Assembly (NCBI GenBank): GCA_963836235.1
Contig: CAWIIP010000002.1
Coordinates: 512,001 to 576,000, forward strand
From: an uncultured Pseudomonadota bacterium
GTDB lineage: Bacteria; Oederibacteriota; Muellerivitia; Muellerivitales; Muellerivitaceae
Direction: 5' to 3'
Length of the DNA: 64,000 bases
Shown here: positions 1-6,743 of the stretch, one piece after another
Position numbering within the stretch: the stretch's first letter is position 1
Layout: each line of letters begins with the position of its first letter
The notes under the pieces: model-generated
Told to the model about the DNA's origin: nothing
Database searches by the model: none
Seen by the model: only the letters and a program-made list of their open reading frames with translations
Made by a program: the position numbers and the translations under genes

Positions 1-3000
1 AGGGGTTTCATTTGGGATTTGGGCGGTGCCGTATCGATCAAGATAGGATAATGGGCCGCTTCCTTCCCCACGTTTCCCACCAAATCCTTCACGGTGACGT
101 GAAAGAACCATTTTCCGTCTTTCAAGGCCGGAGCCGCGAGGGATGTGTCCGTCACCCACTTGCCGTTTCCTGGTCCTGGAATAGTGTGGGGTTGAGCGTC
201 AAGTCCTAGGTAATAACCTTCCACGCCTGATTGCTCCCGGGGTGGATCCCACATGAATTTTGGAGACGTCGTCTTGACCCACTGATTGGAGGGATGTGTG
301 GAACTTTTGATAAAAGCCACTCCCGCTTCACTGTCCACCCTTACCTTGAAATAGGCGCAAGCACTGACATTGCCTGCCTTATCCTTGGCGCAAACATGCA
401 GAAACCAGGTCCCGTCTTCGGCGACCGTGGCTACGGTTCCTCGGCCCGTTGTCCAGGTCATGGATTTCAAGTCGGCGGTCCAATTTTCCTCTCCATTAAC
501 GGCGTAGTAATAGCCATCAATGCCTGAAAGATCTCCCGGGTCCTTCCAAACAAACTCCACCCGTCGGGTACCGTACCATTTTTCCAATTGAGGATGGCTA
601 GGGGAGGAAATGACCGGGCTTTCAGCCATCGTGTCAAGCCGTACCCGGAAAGTGGCTACTTCCTTGGAAATATTCCCCGCCACATCCTGGCAAACCACCG
701 AAAGGATATGTACCCCGTCCCGGGGAATATCCAAAGTGATCTCGTTTTTATCCGTAAAGGAAGAAGCTTTCGGGTCGGGTGTTATCTTCGGGTCTTCGGA
801 AAAGGTGTAGTAAAAGCCGGTGATACCCGAAAGATCATCGGGTGAAGCCAGCTTAAAAACCGCCTTGGGCTTCGAATACCACTGTTCCTGCTCTGGGTGG
901 CTGGAAGAGGAGACAAAAGCCCGCCCTACCTCCGTATCCACATGCAGGGGGTAATGCACCGCTTTCCAGTCCACGTTTCCCGCCTTGTCCTTGGTGGTGA
1001 TGTGGAAATACCAGAGCCCGTCGTCGGTAAGTTCGAAGGAAACCATACGCTGGCTGGTGAACAGCGAGTTTTTGTCGTTGGGCACCGTATCGGCCTTGCG
1101 GTCGATGTTGTAGTAGTAACCCTCGATACCGGAATGCTCAAAGGGGTCCTCCCAATTCAAAACCACCCGGCGGTCCCGGTACCAATGGGCGGTTTCCGCG
1201 TGGGTGGAGGAGGACACCTGGGGCGGGCTAACTAATGTATCAATGCAGATTTTGATGTGCCCCGCCTGGGGCGAAATGTTGTCGGCCTTATCCTTGGTGC
1301 GGACATGCACGAACCATTGGCCGTCGTTGATTTCGTCAAAGGTAATCTTGGTCTTTTCGGTCCATTGGGTGGCCTGCGGTGAGCTTGTCGAAACCGTCGA
1401 ATGGGCTTCGGGATCGGGAAGGGTCATGGGATCGTGGTCGATGCAGTAATAATAACCTTCCACTCCCGAGAGATCGTGGGGAGTGTTAATGAGGACTTCC
1501 ACTTTGTTGTTGGAATACCACTGGTCGCTTTGGGGATGGCTGGTGGAAGTAAGCGTGGGAGCCAAAGCCTTGGTGTCGATGCGGATGGGATAATGGGCGG
1601 CCTGGTTGCCCAGATTACCCGCTTCATCCTGGGTAGCGATATGGAGGTACCAAAAGCCGTCCTCGAAAGGCCCCAGCGTCTTGCGGGTCTCTTGCGTGAA
1701 TTCCCCCGCTCCCGGCCCCGGTACGGTGGTCGGCTCGTGATCAGCCTTGATGAAGTAACCCTTCACCCCGGAAAGGTCCTTGGGGGTTTCCCAAGCGATC
1801 ACCGACGTGGGGTTGGCGACCCACTTTTCGCTTTCCGGATGGGTGGAACTGGTTATCTTGACTGGCGGTGCCGCTTCAGTATCTACCAGAATTTTGTAAT
1901 GGGAGGCTTGGCCCCCAATGTTTCCAGCCTCGTCCACTCCCACGACATGGAAGTACCAGGTTCCTTGGGGGGTCGAGGAAAGGGCTACCCGCTTGTCTTC
2001 AGTATAAGAAGCTTCCGGCGGCGCGGGCACGGTTCCCGGATAATGGTTTAAAAGATAATAATAACCGGAGAGCGCTGCCGGTGGATGGAGAAGGATTTCA
2101 ACATCGCTCGACTTCTCCCATTTTCCCGGCTGGGAATGGCTGGGAGACGTGATGGAGGGCGGCGGTACCGGCGGTGTTTTAAAGGATGAGGTCTCACTCA
2201 CCGTCAGGGAGGAAGTCCGATAGGCGCTAACGGCCTTGAATTCATATTCGGTTTCGGATTTCAAATCGGTCAAATGAACGCGGTGCCGTAAATTCATTCC
2301 TTTGTCGATGATCACCTTCCGTAAATCTTGCGATTCTTTTTTCTCACCGTAATGGATTTCGGAAGTGGCGGAGATGTCGGTGATCCAGGTCAGAAGCGCG
2401 CTGGAGGAAGTAAGCCTTTCGACCGTCAAATCCGAGATCGTGGGCATACGGGCCATATCGAATGTGGATCTTAAAAGAGTGCCGCCGTTTTCGGTGCAAG
2501 CATAAAGATAGTCCCCAAAGAGGCCGAAAGAGCGGACTCCTTCCGCGTCCCCCGCGAAGACAGTTTTCCAATCGGTACCATCCTGGGTTTTGAGGACTCT
2601 TCCCGAATTACCCGTCCCGGCATAAAGGGCGTTCTCAAAGACTTCCATGCAATAAAGGTTTAGTTCACGGGCGGTCTCGTAAACGCAAAGCCAATCCAGG
2701 CCGTTCTCGGTACGGTAAATTTTCACTCCCTTGGGGCTGGAAGTCCCGGCGTAAAGGGCCCCATTGAATTCTTGGAAACATTGAATGAAGTTCTGTCCCG
2801 TCGCGGTCATTTCCTCCCAATTGAGCCCGTCGGAGGAGGCAAAGATGAGCCCGCTGGGATAGGTGCCCGCAAAAATCTGGTTCTGGAAAGTTCCCAAACA
2901 GGTAACGGCCACCTCACTCAAGGAACCAACCGTGTTCCATTGCACCCCGTCAAAGGCAAATATTTTTCCTTTGGAGCTGGTTCCCGCGTAAAGCCTGCCC

Positions 3001-3578
3001 TTGAATTCGAGGAGGGAATGAATGCGGTCCTCGTCGGTGGTAAAGGCTTCCTTCCAATTTTCCCCATCGGTGGTTTGGTAGATGCCCCCGTTCAGGTTGG
3101 TTCCGGCGTAAAGAACGGCTTCCTTGCCGGGCGGAGCGTAGACGCAAAGGCAATAAATCTGGGTGACGTAATCCCCCGTCCCTTCCTTGGCGTCTCCCGT
3201 CGAAGAAAAGAACTTGGGGTTCATTTTGGTGAGCAGGATTTTTTTCCAGGAACCAGGAGCGCCACTGCTGGAACGAAGGATGAGGTCCTGTCCCGTGGCG
3301 GCATAGAGATAGCCCCGGTACTCAGCAAGGTCGTAGAGGGTGGAAATATCCTTGAATTCCTCAAGGCTCTCAAAAAAAGCGGGTGTGGCGGAGGTGAAAT
3401 AAAGGTCAATAACGGTTTTAAGCTGTTCCAGGGCTTCTTTAGCCGTCTTGCCCTGTGCCTGACAGCCGGGCAAAAGCGGACAACGGGCCACGACATTGCC
3501 GTGGGCGCGGGTTTCCAATTCAATGGGAAACTCGTAAGCAAAGGATTTCTTTTGGATTTTATCGTCTTTTTTCGACAC
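1..3578 (-). CDS. Giant multidomain protein (>=1192 aa, 3' end off-window): HicB-like domain + beta-propeller + FN3-like + >=7 tandem Ig-like repeats
   Basis: Hand translation from GTG 3578 (AGGTGG SD-like upstream) gives no stop down to base 3. Starts MSKKDDKIQKKSFAYEFPIELETRAHGNVVARCPLLPGCQAQGKTAKEALEQLKTVIDLYF; then seven LYAGT-type repeats; an FN3-like segment (about 2444-2175); then ~95-aa repeats SSTHP..W...DLSG..GYYY...DG.W.FH...D.AGN......IDT. Confidence 0.9.
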   Translation of the reverse strand, partial: MSKKDDKIQKKSFAYEFPIELETRAHGNVVARCPLLPGCQAQGKTAKEALEQLKTVIDLYFTSATPAFFESLEEFKDISTLYDLAEYRGYLYAATGQDLILRSSSGAPGSWKKILLTKMNPKFFSSTGDAKEGTGDYVTQIYCLCVYAPPGKEAVLYAGTNLNGGIYQTTDGENWKEAFTTDEDRIHSLLEFKGRLYAGTSSKGKIFAFDGVQWNTVGSLSEVAVTCLGTFQNQIFAGTYPSGLIFASSDGLNWEEMTATGQNFIQCFQEFNGALYAGTSSPKGVKIYRTENGLDWLCVYETARELNLYCMEVFENALYAGTGNSGRVLKTQDGTDWKTVFAGDAEGVRSFGLFGDYLYACTENGGTLLRSTFDMARMPTISDLTVERLTSSSALLTWITDISATSEIHYGEKKESQDLRKVIIDKGMNLRHRVHLTDLKSETEYEFKAVSAYRTSSLTVSETSSFKTPPVPPPSITSPSHSQPGKWEKSSDVEILLHPPAALSGYYYLLNHYPGTVPAPPEASYTEDKRVALSSTPQGTWYFHVVGVDEAGNIGGQASHYKILVDTEAAPPVKITSSTHPESEKWVANPTSVIAWETPKDLSGVKGYFIKADHEPTTVPGPGAGEFTQETRKTLGPFEDGFWYLHIATQDEAGNLGNQAAHYPIRIDTKALAPTLTSTSHPQSDQWYSNNKVEVLINTPHDLSGVEGYYYCIDHDPMTLPDPEAHSTVSTSSPQATQWTEKTKITFDEINDGQWFVHVRTKDKADNISPQAGHIKICIDTLVSPPQVSSSTHAETAHWYRDRRVVLNWEDPFEHSGIEGYYYNIDRKADTVPNDKNSLFTSQRMVSFELTDDGLWYFHITTKDKAGNVDWKAVHYPLHVDTEVGRAFVSSSSHPEQEQWYSKPKAVFKLASPDDLSGITGFYYTFSEDPKITPDPKASSFTDKNEITLDIPRDGVHILSVVCQDVAGNISKEVATFRVRLDTMAESPVISSPSHPQLEKWYGTRRVEFVWKDPGDLSGIDGYYYAVNGEENWTADLKSMTWTTGRGTVATVAEDGTWFLHVCAKDKAGNVSACAYFKVRVDSEAGVAFIKSSTHPSNQWVKTTSPKFMWDPPREQSGVEGYYLGLDAQPHTIPGPGNGKWVTDTSLAAPALKDGKWFFHVTVKDLVGNVGKEAAHYPILIDTAPPKSQMKP
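1371..1403. repeat. 33-nt REP-like palindromic insertion, in frame within Ig-like repeat 3
   Basis: GGCCTGCGGTGAGCTTGTCGAAACCGTCGAATG; CGGT/ACCG stem around GAGCTTGTCGAA; adds HSTVSTSSPQA relative to sister repeats. Confidence 0.65.
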
Positions 3579-3660
3579 AACCCACCTGACTTAACGCAGT
3601 GTAGTAAAGGTATCGTCGCCGGATTCAACCAAGGGGGCTATTTTAATCAAAGGTGAGAAG

Positions 3661-3681
3661 GTTGACAGTAACATTATCAAC
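3661..3681. promoter_or_regulatory. Imperfect palindrome upstream of the giant gene, possible operator
   Basis: GTTGACAGTAACATTATCAAC (GTTGA...TCAAC arms), about 80 bp upstream of GTG 3578. Confidence 0.35.
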
Positions 3682-3792
3682 AGGAAACCCATAAAAACGA
3701 GGGCTCTTGCAGGTCTTCTTTTCTTATCCCGATTGGCAAAAGAGGTTCCATGGAGTCAAGGGTTAGATGGTAAGTCTGCAATTCAAAGGTTG

Positions 3793-4200
3793 TTAATGGG
3801 CATTCATCACCTCATCGTCCAACTGTTTCGCCTTATCCTGCCACTCCGCCTGGCTCGCGTACTGGTTCATCACTATGTCCAGGTAAGGCAGGGCCTGCTT
3901 TTTTATGACGACGATATAAGTTCCATTCGCGAAGTTATAGGCCAAATGATAAAGCGCCGGGGCGCACAAATCCGCCCGTTCCGGATACTGTTGGTACAAT
4001 TGCAAATAGAGGACCCTGGCCTTGTCGGTGTTTCCCATCAAATCGCACCAACGGCCCATGTCATAAATAACATCGGGAGCGTCTGAATCTTTTGGATTGG
4101 CCGCGACCCAAGCCAAAGCCTGGTCCGCGACGAAAGAAGTATTCAAAACCAGGATGAAAACCAGGATTACAGCGCCCGCGATTAAAACTATTTTTTTCAC
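3793..4200 (-). CDS. Exported/membrane-anchored TPR-like protein
   Basis: Hydrophobic N-terminus; TPR/BamD-like helices (ARVLYLQLYQQYP, ALYHLA, VMNQY). Confidence 0.75.
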   Translation of the reverse strand: MKKIVLIAGAVILVFILVLNTSFVADQALAWVAANPKDSDAPDVIYDMGRWCDLMGNTDKARVLYLQLYQQYPERADLCAPALYHLAYNFANGTYIVVIKKQALPYLDIVMNQYASQAEWQDKAKQLDDEVMNAH

Positions 4201-4311
4201 CCGTTCCGCCTTTATCCGGGTTTACCGGATGACTCTCCCTATTAACCTGATCAACTTACGGACTATCTGAAGCCAAATCCAGTGTATCCGGTTTCAATCG
4301 CGAAAAAGCCC

Positions 4312-4365
4312 TCAAAACCTCACCAGCGCCAAACCCATGCACCCCATCAACCAATAGTATTTCAT
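4312..4365 (-). CDS. Putative 17-aa peptide MKYYWLMGCMGLALVRF (small protein or gene remnant)
   Basis: AGGAGG SD 7 nt upstream of ATG 4365; TGA at 4312-4314. Confidence 0.35.
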   Translation of the reverse strand: MKYYWLMGCMGLALVRF

Positions 4366-4404
4366 CGGATAACCTCCTGGATTTTTGTTAAACCGTGCTT
4401 CCAA

Positions 4405-4463
4405 ACCCGCTGGAAAACTGGAGCGATCCAGTTTTCCAGCGGGTGCCCCGGGAAACCCCGGGG
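4405..4463. repeat. Tandem hairpins (perfect 18-bp stem plus 7-bp stem)
   Basis: ACCCGCTGGAAAACTGGA-GCGA-TCCAGTTTTCCAGCGGGT followed by CCCCGGG-AAAC-CCCGGGG. Confidence 0.8.
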
Positions 4464-4477
4464 TCCGTTCAACCCTT

Positions 4478-4663
4478 TTACTTCGCCGCGGGCGTGGAGC
4501 TGGCTTTCATGCTCTTCGTTCCCTTTTTCTTATGTGTTTTCTTCTTGTGTTTCATGGTCTTGGTTCCCGACGTTGGGCCCGGCGTGGCCGGCGCCGCGAA
4601 AATAGGCCCCGATACCGCCACCAGGAATAACACCGCAACCATTGAGGCTAACCACTTTTTCAT
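4478..4663 (-). CDS. Small secreted Lys/His-rich protein
   Basis: AGGAG SD, signal peptide ending IFA, basic tail KHKKKTHKKK. Confidence 0.75.
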   Translation of the reverse strand: MKKWLASMVAVLFLVAVSGPIFAAPATPGPTSGTKTMKHKKKTHKKKGTKSMKASSTPAAK

Positions 4664-4725
4664 AACCTTCTCCTTTTTCTATTTCAAAATATACGGAAGG
4701 GGAAGCCGGCCCTTGGGCAGGCGGA

Positions 4726-4850
4726 CCGGACCCCTTTCCGGACTGCTATTTCCAACTCCCGGCTGGGGCCGGGAACGGATAAATCGCCCGGCCTTTGGGG
4801 GCCGGGCCAGGGCCCGGTGCTGCAACCGGGCCCTTTATCGGGAGGTTAGG
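4726..4850. other. Multi-hairpin structured intergenic element (candidate ncRNA/leader)
   Basis: Stems at 4757-4774, 4786-4807 and 4810-4833; GATAAA (4778-4783) / TTTATC (4834-4839) closes a three-way junction. Confidence 0.5.
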
Positions 4851-4853
4851 AAC

Positions 4854-5285
4854 TCAGAAATAATCGAGCGGCAGGGTCTCCCGGGGTTTGGAATGGGGCA
4901 CATACTTCGGCGTCGCCATGGCCATTCGCTTCGCGTTGTTTACTTCTTCCATGGATAAGTCTTTGTCCACTCGTAAATCCTGGCGCGGGTAGATCAAATC
5001 CGGATCCTTGATCTCATCCCGATTGGCCTTAAAGAGCATGGGCCACTCGAAAGAATCCCCGTAAACCCGTGATTTGCCCGCGATCATCCAAAGGCAATCG
5101 TGCTTTTCGACGAGGTAGTGGCTCAAAGGCTTCAAACTGGCCCTTTGCGCCGGAACCCGCTCGTTCGACATCGTCTTATCCGGCAAGGCGGAGCTATCGA
5201 TCCGCTTAGCGCTTCCGCAGCCGCAAACCCATTCGGTCAAAAACAACAAACCGCAAAGCCAAATGACGTTTTTTCGGTTCAACAT
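4854..5285 (-). CDS. LysM-domain lipoprotein
   Basis: Lipobox-like VCGC; YLVEKHDCLWMIA...KANRDEIKDPDLIYPRQDLRV is a LysM motif. Confidence 0.9.
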   Translation of the reverse strand: MLNRKNVIWLCGLLFLTEWVCGCGSAKRIDSSALPDKTMSNERVPAQRASLKPLSHYLVEKHDCLWMIAGKSRVYGDSFEWPMLFKANRDEIKDPDLIYPRQDLRVDKDLSMEEVNNAKRMAMATPKYVPHSKPRETLPLDYF

Positions 5286-5310
5286 GGTATATCTCCTTTT
5301 CTTTCCAAAT

Positions 5311-5640
5311 TTAAAATTTGAGGGTTTTTAAACGGCTTTTGCCGTAAACCTCGACAAAATCCCGCACCCTCGCCGCGAGAAAATGCCGTTCCGATTCAGA
5401 AAGACTCCTCTCCAAAGTGGAGCAGAAATCTTTCGTCGCGACCTTCAAAACAATTCGAGCTGTCAGTTCGGCCCAAGTTCCCCAATTCCCAACTTTGACT
5501 TTATCGACGGCGTTTAACCAGCTTTTTAACTGGCTGTCGGAATCCATGGCCTCCCTCCATAAAAATTCCTTCATCAAAAGAGAAATCAAACAATAAGGAT
5601 TAAACTTGGGTTCCAGTTCATTCTTTAAAGTGGCTTGCAT
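5311..5640 (-). CDS. Hypothetical protein (alternative start 5547)
   Basis: SD-like motifs before both ATG 5640 and ATG 5547; same orientation and tight spacing with neighbours. Confidence 0.6.
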   Translation of the reverse strand: MQATLKNELEPKFNPYCLISLLMKEFLWREAMDSDSQLKSWLNAVDKVKVGNWGTWAELTARIVLKVATKDFCSTLERSLSESERHFLAARVRDFVEVYGKSRLKTLKF

Positions 5641-5662
5641 AGCTCTTCCTTTCGGGTTGAAT

Positions 5663-6097
5663 TTAACCTTTCAGTGGTTCTTCAACGCCGGAAGCCTTTT
5701 TATCAGGCAGGACGGATTTTGCTTTTGAACCCGTTTTTGTACCCAAAAGCGGCGGGGCATTGCCGGTGGATTCGGTTTCCTGTCCCAAACCCATCGGATG
5801 GGACGCCATCTTTTCCCACCTCCCCGCGAGGTTTTGCCGGATCGACTCTTGAGTCGTTTCCGAAACTGAAACAGCGTGGTCAGGCGTTAAAATTCGCCGG
5901 ACTGTCGAAGCCACCAAAACCTTTTGAACCTGTGGGTTGGATACCGGAACCGATGGATGCGAATGGTCCCGGAAAAACGAGTAAATCGGCTTATCCCAAG
6001 GGACACTTCCGATTTTTTCCCTGATTGGCTGGTAAAAACCGGCCCCGATGATGAGGGTGTAAACTAAGGCGCCTAAATAGAATTCATCACGTTTCAT
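5663..6097 (-). CDS. Hypothetical protein with N-terminal membrane anchor
   Basis: AAGGA SD; hydrophobic FYLGALVYTLIIGAGF followed by a polar region. Confidence 0.65.
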   Translation of the reverse strand: MKRDEFYLGALVYTLIIGAGFYQPIREKIGSVPWDKPIYSFFRDHSHPSVPVSNPQVQKVLVASTVRRILTPDHAVSVSETTQESIRQNLAGRWEKMASHPMGLGQETESTGNAPPLLGTKTGSKAKSVLPDKKASGVEEPLKG

Positions 6098-6196
6098 GGA
6101 ATTTCCTTTCGTAAATATTTTCGGGCGTTAAAGGAACGCGCGAATGACCGGCCGGGTTAAAAAAGAACCCGGCTGGGAATTACACGAAAGGAATTT

Positions 6197-6523
6197 TCAG
6201 ATTCTGAGGACGAGGAAACTCTTGGGGGAGGAAACAACGGAGGCAAAAGCAACTCTTAAATGGTTCTCCAAAAGCGAAGGAGTCTTCACCTTGGAAATCC
6301 GGGCAATCAGGGTCGTTACATCCGGGGCTTCCCTTTCAACATTTCGAAGGGCCGAATGGGGAGCTGAAAGCTCCTGTGAATGAGTGGAAACGGTTTGAGT
6401 TTCTTGTTGATGGGCGGAATGGAGTGAGCCGTTATGAACCGCGACTACGACAGGACGCATGACAAAAGCCGGTAACAAGGCTAAAGCGAGAATTTTGAAG
6501 TAGATTTTGAGCTTTTTGCGCAT
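6197..6523 (-). CDS. Small exported His-containing hypothetical protein ending in LVLRI (candidate leader ORF)
   Basis: Signal-like N-terminus; several His; C-terminus SSPKSFLVLRI. Confidence 0.6.
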   Translation of the reverse strand: MRKKLKIYFKILALALLPAFVMRPVVVAVHNGSLHSAHQQETQTVSTHSQELSAPHSALRNVEREAPDVTTLIARISKVKTPSLLENHLRVAFASVVSSPKSFLVLRI

Positions 6524-6743
6524 CGTCGAGATCCCAATATTTGCTGTTAAAACCTGGAATAATTATTGAATCCCGAGCCCGGTAAAATCAAGAGGGTCCA
6601 ATCCATAATTCTAAACCAGCGAAAGTCCTATGTATTCGACGAATGGACTCAATGGAAAGTTTCTTGAGGAACCTTTTTAGGGAGGGCAAAAAACCTTTTC
6701 TAAGTTCGATCCGCAAAAGCTGAAATGGGACTAGAGACGGGTT

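Noticed and set aside
12-3656. Plus-strand ORFs of 65-294 aa and short minus-strand ORFs listed in the track
   Set aside because: Antisense or out-of-frame shadows of the single long minus-strand CDS starting at 3578.
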